64,000 nucleotides of DNA from assembly GCA_963848305.1 (NCBI GenBank), contig CAWKDC010000001.1, positions 1,120,001-1,184,000 of the forward strand, given 5' to 3'. The DNA is from an uncultured Gammaproteobacteria bacterium (GTDB lineage: Bacteria > Pseudomonadota > Gammaproteobacteria > JABCZS01). This document shows, piece after piece, positions 47,700 to 57,064 of this stretch. The notes beneath the pieces were generated by a model. The model had not been told where the DNA came from. It saw nothing but the letters and a program-made list of their open reading frames with translations, and did not search any database. A program made the position numbers and the translations under genes. Each line of letters starts with the position of its first letter. The first letter of the stretch is position 1.

Positions 47700-48596
47700 A
47701 TGAAAATGTTACAAGTTCTTTTCTGCTGGTTAATGATGATGGGTGCTGCATGGGCCGATGCGCCTACTGTAGTGGTCAGCATTCTGCCACTTTATCATAT
47801 TGCTCAAGCCGTGATGGGCAAAGCGGGTACCCCGGTGTTGCTCGTTCCCCCAGAGTCTTCTGAGCACAGCTATTCCTTAAAGCCGAGCCAGTATGCCGCG
47901 CTTAAAAACGCTGATGTGGTGATTTGGATTAGCCCGGAGATGGAAACTTTCCTGGTTGATGCCATGGCGCAAGTGCCTCCAGCGAAGCAGATGGTGCTCA
48001 TCAATGAGCCAACCCTGATCCGCTACAATCTGCGGATAAGCGGTGGTACCCTTCCTCAAAAAGACCCGCATCTTTGGCTGGATCCCCTCAATGCCATGAC
48101 AGTGGCTAAACAATTGGAAAAACGCCTGAGTGCACTCGATCCCGAGCATGAACGTCTATATCAGCACAATGTCGATGCCTTCATCGACAAAATATCCACC
48201 CTGAACACAGATCTCGACAACAGGCTTTCTCCCATCCAATCAATGCCTTACTTGGTTTATCATGACGCCTTTCAATATTTTGAAAAGCGCTATGGACTGC
48301 GCAGGCTGGACAGTATTTCTGCCCGGCCAGATGTTCCCAACAGCGCCGCCCGCTGGGTAGAGATGAGCAGGCTATTGAAGTTTGAAAAGATACATTGTAT
48401 ATTCAGTGAGCCTCAATACCAAACGGGTCAGCTGAAGCAATTTGCGCTGGAAAACCACGTGGAGTTGGGAACCCTGGATCCGATTGGCACTGAAAAGCCG
48501 TCGGGAACTGAGGGGTACGCAGCCTTGCTGAACGGCATTGCTGATGGGCTGATCGGGTGTTTGAATCGCCCAGTGCTGCGTATCGAGGTGAAGTAA
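47700..48596 (+). CDS. znuA: zinc ABC transporter substrate-binding protein
   Basis: Signal peptide; VVSILPL, SEHSYSLKPS, DPHLWLDP, YHDAFQYFE, CIFSEPQY, LDPIG. Confidence 0.88.
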   Translation: MKMLQVLFCWLMMMGAAWADAPTVVVSILPLYHIAQAVMGKAGTPVLLVPPESSEHSYSLKPSQYAALKNADVVIWISPEMETFLVDAMAQVPPAKQMVLINEPTLIRYNLRISGGTLPQKDPHLWLDPLNAMTVAKQLEKRLSALDPEHERLYQHNVDAFIDKISTLNTDLDNRLSPIQSMPYLVYHDAFQYFEKRYGLRRLDSISARPDVPNSAARWVEMSRLLKFEKIHCIFSEPQYQTGQLKQFALENHVELGTLDPIGTEKPSGTEGYAALLNGIADGLIGCLNRPVLRIEVK

Positions 48597-48624
48597 ACCG
48601 TAGTCAACAACTGAGGTACTGAAA

Positions 48625-49365
48625 ATGAAGCAATGGGTGAAGTGTTTAATCGTCGCAGCGATGTCTCTGACGTTAGCGAATTGTGTGGGAACAACCACTG
48701 CCATCAGCAAGCGCGATTTAGCCACAGAAAATAAAATGAGTAACACGGTATTTCTCGAGCCCACAGCCGCAGAAAATCAAACCGTGTATGTTCAAGTGCG
48801 CAACACCACCGATGTACCCGCTTTAAACGTTGAAGAGTCAGTCAAAACGAGTTTGCGCATGAAAGGCTATCAAATCGTGAGTGACCCAAAGAAAGCACAA
48901 TATATGTTGCAGGCCAATGTGTTGTCTGCAGGCCAAATCGATCCTGAGACGCGCGATGATGTATTGGCCTCTGGGTATGGAGGAGCATTGTCCGGGGGTG
49001 TTGTGGGTGCAGGCACAGCTGCTGTGTTCGGGGGGCAACAATCAGCGGTGATCGGCGGTGCATTGGTCGGTGCTGCGATTGGCATGCTTGTTGATGCGAG
49101 CATCAAGGATGTGACATACGGCGTGACGACCGATATTCAACTGTCTGAAAAAACAAGCAACGGTTCAGTGGTCACGAAAACATCGCAAGGTAAATTGAAA
49201 CAAGGCAGCGATACCACCATTCAAACCAATCAGCAAACGAAAGATAACTGGCAACGTTATCAAACCCGCGTGGTCAGCACGGCGAACAAAGCCAATTTGA
49301 AGTGGGACGAAGCGGCCCCTGCTTTGGCAGATGGATTGTCGAAGACGATTGCGGGAATATTCTAG
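48625..49365 (+). CDS. traT: TraT-family complement-resistance lipoprotein
   Basis: Lipobox LANC; MSNTVFLEP, YMLQANVL, Gly zipper, TDIQLSE, YQTRVVSTANKANL. Confidence 0.85.
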   Translation: MKQWVKCLIVAAMSLTLANCVGTTTAISKRDLATENKMSNTVFLEPTAAENQTVYVQVRNTTDVPALNVEESVKTSLRMKGYQIVSDPKKAQYMLQANVLSAGQIDPETRDDVLASGYGGALSGGVVGAGTAAVFGGQQSAVIGGALVGAAIGMLVDASIKDVTYGVTTDIQLSEKTSNGSVVTKTSQGKLKQGSDTTIQTNQQTKDNWQRYQTRVVSTANKANLKWDEAAPALADGLSKTIAGIF

Positions 49366-49448
49366 GGTGAGAAACGCGTAGGGGCAAAGCATAAGATTGA
49401 ACACGAGTGCTCTTGTTTTCTGGCAATGGTATGTGACTGATGCTCGGG

Positions 49449-49498
49449 TATCATAATACACGTTGTTGACACAGGCGTCAACAACGTGTATTATGATA
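49449..49498. promoter_or_regulatory. perfect 22-bp inverted repeat over a sigma70 promoter (AbiEi-type operator)
   Basis: TATCATAATACACGTTGTTGAC-acaggc-GTCAACAACGTGTATTATGATA; TTGACA (49466)-17-TATTAT (49489). Confidence 0.85.
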
Positions 49499-49512
49499 TC
49501 AAGAGGTGTAAA

Positions 49513-50277
49513 ATGCGTACCCCAAAGCAAGTCATTGAAATATTTCATTTATTATTTTTAAACCAGCTGAGTCAAGGGCTAGATAAACGTTTATATGCTC
49601 TAAAAGGGGGCTGTAACCTTCGCTTTTATTGTAAAAGCATTCGATACTCAGAGGACATGGATATCGATATCCAAATCATCGAACGCCATACTTTGGAAAA
49701 TAAAGTCAATCGTATTTTGACGAGTGCTGCATTTGTTCATATTCTTAAATCTTATGATATTCAAATTAGTCATGTTTCTGCGCCCAAGCAGACGGAGACT
49801 GTGCAACGATGGAAAATTGCCCTCAAAACACCTGCAACACAAATGCCATTGCCGACAAAAATTGAATTTTCTAGACGCACCATGACCACTGACATCATGT
49901 TTTCAGCGGTGGATCGCCAATTGCTTGCAGCATATGAAATGACGCCTATCCTGTCTAATCATTATACAAAAGAAGCCATGTGGGAACAAAAAATACTTGC
50001 ATTGGCGCACCGTACACAAACACAAGCCAGAGACATATTTGATTTGTATTTATTGTTAGGACAACAGAATAAAAAAATGGCGATCAAAAACATTGATATT
50101 GAAACGATACAACAAGCAAAAGAGAATGCAAAACTGATTCACTATGAGGATTACACATCACAAGTGGTTGCCTATTTGCTTCCAGAATATCAAGCGCAAT
50201 ATGGCTACGAAGAGATTTGGGCGGATATCATACAATCGGTTGATCATGCGTTGGAACAATATCATGAAAAGCATTGA
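49513..50277 (+). CDS. AbiEii/AbiGii nucleotidyltransferase toxin (type IV TA)
   Basis: LKGGCNLRF...RYSEDMDID, KIEFS, QKILAL..R.Q.QARDIFDL. Confidence 0.9.
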   Translation: MRTPKQVIEIFHLLFLNQLSQGLDKRLYALKGGCNLRFYCKSIRYSEDMDIDIQIIERHTLENKVNRILTSAAFVHILKSYDIQISHVSAPKQTETVQRWKIALKTPATQMPLPTKIEFSRRTMTTDIMFSAVDRQLLAAYEMTPILSNHYTKEAMWEQKILALAHRTQTQARDIFDLYLLLGQQNKKMAIKNIDIETIQQAKENAKLIHYEDYTSQVVAYLLPEYQAQYGYEEIWADIIQSVDHALEQYHEKH

Positions 50278-50896
50278 TGCCTACCAAAAAATCCTTGAAC
50301 TTGATGTGTCCGTTTTTCAAACACGTGACATAGTGGCTTATTTTAATATTAATACCAGTCATGCCAGTAAAATATTAGAACGTTTGGCAGAATCATCACA
50401 AATCATTCGGCTTTCACGGGGTCGATGGGGAATTAAAGATCGCATTGATATTTTACAGTTGCCTGAGCTGCTCACAGCACCTTATCCGAGTTATATTTCA
50501 CTGCAAACCGGATTGTATTATCAAGGTATGATCTCACAAGTGCCCACTGTGATATATGCAGTATCGTTGGGGCGTACAAAGCGGATCAGTACGCCATTAG
50601 GTACGATTTCAATACATCATGTACAGCCCGAGTTTTTTTATGGATTCAATACGGATGAAAAAACACATATTAAAATAGCCACACCTGAAAAGGCCATTAT
50701 TGATATTTTATATTTGAGTCCCAATAAAACAAGACTGTTTGCCTCTTTGCCAGAGATAGAATGGACTGTTCAGTTTAATCAAGATCTGGCAAGGCAATAC
50801 ATCGACATGATTCCCTCGTCAAGTCGCAGAACACTGGTAAAAACCCTTTTTGACCAATTGATATCTCGAGGCTATATTTATACCTCTCGTACTTGA
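50264..50896 (+). CDS. AbiEi-type antitoxin (wHTH plus C-terminal domain)
   Basis: N-term wHTH with IRLSRGRW; PSYISLQTGLYYQGMISQVP; IATPEKAIID. Confidence 0.88.
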   Translation: MKSIDAYQKILELDVSVFQTRDIVAYFNINTSHASKILERLAESSQIIRLSRGRWGIKDRIDILQLPELLTAPYPSYISLQTGLYYQGMISQVPTVIYAVSLGRTKRISTPLGTISIHHVQPEFFYGFNTDEKTHIKIATPEKAIIDILYLSPNKTRLFASLPEIEWTVQFNQDLARQYIDMIPSSSRRTLVKTLFDQLISRGYIYTSRT

Positions 50897-50980
50897 ATAT
50901 GCGAATCCTGGCTGCCTCGTGCAGACCTCTCCCATCAAGTACAAGAAATATAGCATTCGTGTATATCAGGAATCATTATT

Positions 50981-52573
50981 ATGTCGTGGATCAACTTCGG
51001 ATTAGCCTTCATTGAGGGGTTGGCACTCATTGCATCGCCTTGTATTTTACCGATATTGCCGCTGGTTTTATCGACCTCGATTGAGGGGGGGCGTTCACGC
51101 CCATTAGGTATTATCACTGGTTTTATACTTTCATTTTGCTTATTTGCTTTCTTTTCCCGGTGGGTTGTGCAGGCGCTGGGCATTGATTTGTCATACATCA
51201 AATATGGTTCACTGATTCTGCTAGGATTATTTGGGCTGGTCTTATTATCGCCACGCCTGTCGGATAAATTCGCGCAATGGACGCAAGGTCTTGCCAATCT
51301 GGGGAGCCAGTTGTCGACTGGACAAGAAGGCGGTTTTTTCAGTGGGTTGGGTATCGGTGCATTAATTGGCTTGATTTGGACGCCGTGTGCGGGTCCGATT
51401 TTGGCGGCCGTGCTTGTGCAAATAATACGTGAGCAAAATAATATTCAAGGGTTGATCACGATGGCATTTTTTGCGGTCGGTGCTGGTATTCCCATGCTAT
51501 TGATTGCATGGATGGGTCGATCATTAGTCAATCGATTGGGGTTTTTCAAACAACACGCGGAAAGGTTTCGACAATTATTGGGGGTGATTATTTTGGCGTC
51601 TGTTGTTTTTATTGCCTCGGGCATTGATCCACAAACTTTTTTTTCTCGTTCATCTTCAGGAGCCAACATGACGACGCTACAAGAAAATCCAAATTTGATC
51701 AATCCGCTGCTCAGGCCTTACGATGCGCCGTCTATTTCAGGGATTCAAACATGGCTCAATTCAGAACCTCTCGATTTGCAATCACTCAAAGGCAAGGTTG
51801 TGTTGATTGATTTTTGGACGTATTCCTGCATTAATTGTGTGCGAACATTACCCTATGTGACAGGCTGGGATCAAAAATACCGCGATAAAGGATTGGTCGT
51901 GATTGGCGTGCATGCGCCTGAATTTGAATTTGAAAAGGATGTCGACAATATCAAAAGCGCAATTGTGAAAAATAATATTCATTACCCTGTCGCCGTCGAC
52001 AGCATGTTGTCTACTTGGAATAACTTTCACAATCAATATTGGCCCGCACAATATTTGATCAACAAAGATGGGAAAGTGGTGTACACGCATTTCGGAGAAG
52101 GTGATGATGAGATCACTGAACATAATATCAATGTGTTGCTCGGGATGGGCGGCGTCGGCGTGAACATGACGGAAGAAGCGCCCCCTTTTCATATTGGCCA
52201 AACGCCGGAAACATATCTCGGCTCAGCGCGTGCAGAACGTTTCAGCGGGATGAATGTGTCCACCCTTCCTTCAAATCATTGGTCGCTCGAAGGGAAGTGG
52301 CGGATTGAATCAGAAAAAATTATTTCTGAAGAACCCAATTCGCTATTGCGGTTGCATTTCAATGCGCAAAAAGTATTTTTGGTGATGGGTACTTCGACAG
52401 GCAAACCCATACCGGTGTCATTGATGTTAAATGGTAAATCTGTCGGAAACCCGCTGACCGTTGATCAACATACGTTGTATCCCTTGATTGATCAAAAAGT
52501 TTTTCAATCCGGGGTGCTTGAGATCAAAGTTTCTGAACCTGGATTGGAGATGTATGCATTTACTTTTGGGTGA
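50981..52573 (+). CDS. dipZ: cytochrome c biogenesis protein DipZ (CcdA plus thioredoxin)
   Basis: SPCILPILP, WTPCAGPIL, DFWTYSCINCVR, TPETYLG, YAFTFG. Confidence 0.92.
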   Translation: MSWINFGLAFIEGLALIASPCILPILPLVLSTSIEGGRSRPLGIITGFILSFCLFAFFSRWVVQALGIDLSYIKYGSLILLGLFGLVLLSPRLSDKFAQWTQGLANLGSQLSTGQEGGFFSGLGIGALIGLIWTPCAGPILAAVLVQIIREQNNIQGLITMAFFAVGAGIPMLLIAWMGRSLVNRLGFFKQHAERFRQLLGVIILASVVFIASGIDPQTFFSRSSSGANMTTLQENPNLINPLLRPYDAPSISGIQTWLNSEPLDLQSLKGKVVLIDFWTYSCINCVRTLPYVTGWDQKYRDKGLVVIGVHAPEFEFEKDVDNIKSAIVKNNIHYPVAVDSMLSTWNNFHNQYWPAQYLINKDGKVVYTHFGEGDDEITEHNINVLLGMGGVGVNMTEEAPPFHIGQTPETYLGSARAERFSGMNVSTLPSNHWSLEGKWRIESEKIISEEPNSLLRLHFNAQKVFLVMGTSTGKPIPVSLMLNGKSVGNPLTVDQHTLYPLIDQKVFQSGVLEIKVSEPGLEMYAFTFG

Positions 52574-53114
52574 GATTGAACATGTCAACCGCTTCCGCCA
52601 AATCTTCGCACACGGGCACGGCGATTAACGCTTCGCCATGTATCTTCAATGTTTTTTCTCCATTACCCGTCTTCACCAATAAGACCTGGCAACCGGCGGC
52701 ATGACCGGCCTCGATGTCTCGGAAACTATCGCCCACGACCCACGTTTGGGCAGGCGCGGCATTGAATTGAGAAAGCAATGTGTTCACCATGCCGGGTTTA
52801 GGTTTGCGGCAATCGCAATTGATTTCCGGCAAGTGGGGGCAATGAATAATCGCATCAAATGTGTGTCCATGTTCTGCCAACAATCCAATCATTTTTGCAT
52901 GAATCGCTGTCAGGGTTTCTTCCGTATAATATCCCCGTCCAATACCAGATTGGTTGGTGCACACCGCAACCAAAAACCCATTTGATTTGAGCTTCGCTAT
53001 TGCTTCAATGCTGCCGGGGATAGGGATCCATTCTTCGGGTGATTTAATAAAATGGGGCGAATCATGGTTGATCACCCCATCGCGATCGAGAATAACAAGG
53101 CGTGTCGATTGCAT
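52560..53114 (-). CDS. gmhB: D-glycero-beta-D-manno-heptose 1,7-bisphosphate phosphatase
   Basis: LDRDGVIN, TNQSGIGRG, CPH...CDCRKPKPGM, VGDS.RD. Confidence 0.93.
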   Translation of the reverse strand: MQSTRLVILDRDGVINHDSPHFIKSPEEWIPIPGSIEAIAKLKSNGFLVAVCTNQSGIGRGYYTEETLTAIHAKMIGLLAEHGHTFDAIIHCPHLPEINCDCRKPKPGMVNTLLSQFNAAPAQTWVVGDSFRDIEAGHAAGCQVLLVKTGNGEKTLKIHGEALIAVPVCEDLAEAVDMFNLTQK

Positions 53115-53116
53115 GG

Positions 53117-53623
53117 TTACCAACTGTTCACGCTGCCCAGGGCTGTCGCATAATCAGGTTCTTGCGTGATTTCAGACACTTGCTCTGTGTAAATGATGCG
53201 GCCTTCTGGATTGACCACCAACACGGCGCGCGACAATAATCCTTTCAAGGGACCTGACAGGATCGTCACGCCATAGGTTTCACCAAAAGAAGGTGAGCGG
53301 AAAGCGGACAGCGTCACGACATCCGTCAGCCCTTCCGCGCCACAAAAGCGGTTTTGCGCGAAAGGTAAATCCATGGAGATGCACAATACAACGGTGTTTT
53401 CCAGTGTCGATGCGGCTCGATTAAAAGCATGTACACTGGCTGCGCAAGTGGGTGTATCAAGACTGGGGAAAATATTAAAGACAATCGTTTTACCTTTATA
53501 ATCTGCCAGTGTGCGATCTTTAAGGGATTTGTCGGTCAAGGTGAAATCAGGCACCTGGGTGCCGACAACGGGTAAATGTCCCGCAGTGGGAATGGGTTCA
53601 CCTTTGAAAAAAACAGTTGTCAT
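53117..53623 (-). CDS. tpx: thiol peroxidase
   Basis: NIFPSLDTPTCA, SMDLPFAQNRFC, LSRAVLV, EPDY. Confidence 0.95.
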   Translation of the reverse strand: MTTVFFKGEPIPTAGHLPVVGTQVPDFTLTDKSLKDRTLADYKGKTIVFNIFPSLDTPTCAASVHAFNRAASTLENTVVLCISMDLPFAQNRFCGAEGLTDVVTLSAFRSPSFGETYGVTILSGPLKGLLSRAVLVVNPEGRIIYTEQVSEITQEPDYATALGSVNSW

Positions 53624-53636
53624 GATATTGCCCTTC

Positions 53637-54119
53637 TCAGTTCAAAGCCAAAATACTATAGTTCAGCCACGCTGCGAAACTTACCCAAATAAAATAGGGA
53701 AGTTGTAATACAACCGCGAGGCGGGAAACACGTGAGAATGAATATAACATAAGTGCGAGTGAAAACCAGAGGGCAGCGAGATCAAGCATCGCCAAATCAG
53801 GTCTATGAAGGCCAAAAAACAAGTAGGACCACAAGCCATTTAAGAGCAGCTGAATAAAAAAGAGGTTGCGCGGCGTGCGAAATGCGTGGGTTTGCCCTAC
53901 TTTCAGGTATACTAGCCAAATCGAAAAAGGCATGAGCGCATATAAGGCTGTCCACACGATGGGGAAAACGATGGGCGGCGGCGTGAGCGGTGATTTATTC
54001 AATGTCTCATACCATGTGCCTGGGTGAAATTGGCTGCCAAACAGCATGATCAATATGACCGCCAGAAAAAAAAGTCCAAGCGCTAATGCGCGGTGCTTGG
54101 GTGGGGTTACTTGCATCAT
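53637..54119 (-). CDS. tspO: TspO/MBR tryptophan-rich sensory protein
   Basis: WYETLNKSPLTPP...VWTALY, QLLLNGLWSYLFF, PYFIWVSFA. Confidence 0.92.
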   Translation of the reverse strand: MMQVTPPKHRALALGLFFLAVILIMLFGSQFHPGTWYETLNKSPLTPPPIVFPIVWTALYALMPFSIWLVYLKVGQTHAFRTPRNLFFIQLLLNGLWSYLFFGLHRPDLAMLDLAALWFSLALMLYSFSRVSRLAVVLQLPYFIWVSFAAWLNYSILALN

Positions 54120-54167
54120 CGTCTGCGCTCCTGGGGTTCGGGGGTGATGTTAAATAAAGCTTAGACT

Positions 54168-54857
54168 ATGATAGAGGAAAATAGCATGCAAGCCAATGTG
54201 AAAAAAAATATCTTGATCGGGCTCGTGACGGTGATTCCCGTCGCGGTCACCTTTTTCATTGTGGAGTTTTTACTCTCTTTGATCTTAAATGTTGCAAAGC
54301 CTCTCCTTCACCTGATCATTCGTCTTGTCGCCGTGGTATTTCCCACTGTTGCGGCTTGGATGGATGCGCCTGTTCTCGACATGATCATTGCGCTCGTGCT
54401 GGTCGGTTTAATTTTGTACACATTGGGGCTGTTTGCTAGCCGTTATGCAGGGCAGCAAATGTTGGCCTTGCTTGATAAGGTGATGCACCGTATTCCGCTG
54501 GTGAAAACCATCTATGGATCCATTAAAAAATTGATTGAAGCATTGCAACAAAGTCCCGGTAGCACCCAAAGGGTGGTGTTGATTGAGTTTCCCAATCCCA
54601 CCATGAAAACGGTGGGTTTGGTGACGCGTACGTTCATTGATAAAAACACCGGGCGTGAATTAGCCGCCGTGTACGTGCCAACGACGCCTAATCCCACGTC
54701 GGGATATTTGGAAATTGTGCCGGTCGAAAACATCACCCCAACCGATTGGACGTTTGACGAAGCGATGACGTTTATTGTTTCCGGTGGTGCGGTTGCACCG
54801 CAAGACATCAGTTACGATGCGCTGCCCACGAAATCATCATCAACGATACCCCACTGA
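54168..54857 (+). CDS. DUF502 membrane protein
   Basis: RIPLVKTIY, VLIEFP, VYVPTTPNPTSGY, IVSGG. Confidence 0.9.
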   Translation: MIEENSMQANVKKNILIGLVTVIPVAVTFFIVEFLLSLILNVAKPLLHLIIRLVAVVFPTVAAWMDAPVLDMIIALVLVGLILYTLGLFASRYAGQQMLALLDKVMHRIPLVKTIYGSIKKLIEALQQSPGSTQRVVLIEFPNPTMKTVGLVTRTFIDKNTGRELAAVYVPTTPNPTSGYLEIVPVENITPTDWTFDEAMTFIVSGGAVAPQDISYDALPTKSSSTIPH

Positions 54858-55365
54858 TCACCAGGTAGGCACCGATCAATGTGCCAATGAACCAGCCGGT
54901 GCTGGTGGGCCAGCCGGAAAAGACAAGTATAGCGATGATCACCGAGCATAAACCGCTCATGAGTACCCAGCCCCAGTTCGCAAAAGCTTGGATTTGGAAG
55001 GCGTAAATGATTTTAATGATCCCTTCTAATAGAAAGAAAACGGCAATGATGATCGTGAGCGCGACTAACCCAGCCAGTGGGTTGAAGACCATCAACACCC
55101 CGAATACCATCGACAGTAATGCAGACAAAACTACCATCCAAAAACCGGGTGCCCCGTTCGATTGGATTGCGCGATACAGTTGAATCGCGCCGCCAATCAC
55201 AAATAACCAACCAATCACCAACTCAAATGCCAGGGAAAATAGCCCAGGCACGCACAGGGCCAATACGCCCAGAATCGTCAAGGTGACCCCTTCAAACATG
55301 ATGCTCTTCCAATGGGCTTTCAGCTCTTCTTGTGACATGGAAATGATGGATTTGTTTGATTTCAT
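54808..55365 (-). CDS. HdeD/DUF308 membrane protein
   Basis: Repeated hydrophobic hairpins; NPLAG; WP....WFIG. Confidence 0.85.
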   Translation of the reverse strand: MKSNKSIISMSQEELKAHWKSIMFEGVTLTILGVLALCVPGLFSLAFELVIGWLFVIGGAIQLYRAIQSNGAPGFWMVVLSALLSMVFGVLMVFNPLAGLVALTIIIAVFFLLEGIIKIIYAFQIQAFANWGWVLMSGLCSVIIAILVFSGWPTSTGWFIGTLIGAYLVISGVSLMMISWAAHRN

Positions 55366-55420
55366 GAAGGTCTCCTGGTTGAGGTTCATACAATTATAGA
55401 TGAGGTATGCAATAATGTGC

Positions 55421-55461
55421 TATCCTGTATCTATACAGTTAATCTATATATAAATAGGATA
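55421..55461. promoter_or_regulatory. degenerate 18-bp inverted repeat upstream of the orphan AbiEi
   Basis: TATCCTGTATCTATACAG / CTATATATAAATAGGATA, 14 of 18 matches. Confidence 0.45.
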
Positions 55462-55470
55462 AAGGTATAC

Positions 55471-56010
55471 ATGAATAAAATTCAAGCCATTCAAGTGCTT
55501 AGAGACTGCGATCGACAGCATGTCTATGTCTTTACCCATGGAGATCTGCGTAAGCTCTTTATTCGGGACAAGCCTAAAGCATTTGAAGAGGGACTTCGGC
55601 GGTTGGTTAAATCAGAGCTGCTGGTCCGAGCCTGTCGAGGTGTGTATGTGAATCCATACACTTTATCGGATGACGGGTATACTATTGAGCGTGTTGCACG
55701 CGTATTGCGTCGAGGTGCTTTTAATTATGTCAGTTTAGAATCGATGCTCTCTGAACATGGGGCGATTTCGCAAATATTGATTGACAGGCTGACGGTGATG
55801 ACGACTGGGCGTGAAGGTATTTATCATACGCCTTATGGCACCATCGAATTCACGCATACGGAACGTTCTGTTGAGGATATCTTGCAAAGTATCCATACCG
55901 TGCCAGGTCGTCCTTTGCGGGTAGCTTCTCTTGACACAGCGTGGCGTGATTTGAAACGCGTGGGGCGTAATGTCAATATGGTTGATAGGGAGATGTTGAA
56001 AAATTGTTGA
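55471..56010 (+). CDS. orphan AbiEi-type antitoxin
   Basis: RLVKSELLVRACRGVYVNP, NYVSLESMLSEHGAISQI, TPYGTIEFTHT, RDLKRVGRN; no toxin adjacent. Confidence 0.85.
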   Translation: MNKIQAIQVLRDCDRQHVYVFTHGDLRKLFIRDKPKAFEEGLRRLVKSELLVRACRGVYVNPYTLSDDGYTIERVARVLRRGAFNYVSLESMLSEHGAISQILIDRLTVMTTGREGIYHTPYGTIEFTHTERSVEDILQSIHTVPGRPLRVASLDTAWRDLKRVGRNVNMVDREMLKNC

Positions 56011-56912
56011 AATCCTTTTCTAAAAAATTCCGCACCCTTCTCGCCTCGTTGATGATAGGCACTTTGAGGCTTATTGGCCGATGCCGTTTATTGACCATAC
56101 AGAGAATCGGTTGGGTGCTTGGCACCGTATTGGGATATTTTCCCACTGGTTTCCGTGAGATATCACGCAAAAATATTGCATTGTGTTTTCCGCATCAACC
56201 TAAACAATGGCAAGATAAATTAGCACGAGACAGTTTGCGCAATACAACGATCACCATGCTAGAGTATGCGATGAATTGGTTTTGGCCCATGGACAAGATC
56301 ATGGGTTACATTGCAACACCTGATCCGGCTGCACGTGAACGTTTTGAAAAAGCACGCGCGCATGGCAAAGGGTTGATTTTGCTCAGCCCTCACATGGGTT
56401 CATGGGAAACCATGCTGGGATATTTACCGGCACTGGGTGAGGCGACCATGATGTATCGTCCCCTGCGCATGGCCTCATTGGAAGCAGTTGTTCGAACCGC
56501 GCGCGAACGCGCGGGTGCGCATTTGGTGCCCGCATCAGCAGGCGGTATCCGTGACATGTTGAAAGCATTGAAGCGCAATGGCATCGTGGTGATGTTGCCC
56601 GATCAGGTTCCCATGAAATCAGGGGGTGTGATGGCGCCCTTTTTCGGCGTACCTGCCCTCACCATGACATTGGCGGCAAAACTTGCTGCCCGAACGGGCG
56701 CGCGCGTGCTGGTCGGCTATTCCGCGCGGCTCGGTTTAGGGGAAGGGTTTAAGCCGGATTGTGTTGATGTGAGCGATGCGATTTATGGCGACGATGATGT
56801 CGCTGCCGTTTGTGCCATGAATGCTGCGCTTGAAACCGTGATCCTGCGCCATCCCGATCAATATGTGTGGAGTTACAAACGATTTAAGCGAAATGGGGAG
56901 CGGGTATATTAA
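56004..56912 (+). CDS. lipid A lauroyl/myristoyl acyltransferase (LpxL/HtrB family)
   Basis: NIALCFP, PHMGSWE, LPDQVP, PFFG, PDQYVWSYKRFK. Confidence 0.9.
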   Translation: MLKSFSKKFRTLLASLMIGTLRLIGRCRLLTIQRIGWVLGTVLGYFPTGFREISRKNIALCFPHQPKQWQDKLARDSLRNTTITMLEYAMNWFWPMDKIMGYIATPDPAARERFEKARAHGKGLILLSPHMGSWETMLGYLPALGEATMMYRPLRMASLEAVVRTARERAGAHLVPASAGGIRDMLKALKRNGIVVMLPDQVPMKSGGVMAPFFGVPALTMTLAAKLAARTGARVLVGYSARLGLGEGFKPDCVDVSDAIYGDDDVAAVCAMNAALETVILRHPDQYVWSYKRFKRNGERVY

Positions 56913-56941
56913 TCATTCATTTTTGTGATGAGGCGCGATTT

Positions 56942-57052
56942 TTGCCAAGGCTCATATCCAGGTTTTTCAATGGATTAGATGTTAGCTACTTCTTGTTCGA
57001 TCCTCGGGGTACTGGAAAATCCACATGGCTTAGCCAGCATTACCCTCAGTAG
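56942..57052 (+). pseudogene. N-terminal remnant of an AAA_14 ATPase
   Basis: Reads LPRLISRFFNGLDVSYFLFDPRGTGKSTWLSQHYPQ*, Walker A (G)PRGTGKST with G>D; not in ORF track. Confidence 0.7.
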
Positions 57053-57064
57053 TCCCATTCCTAT

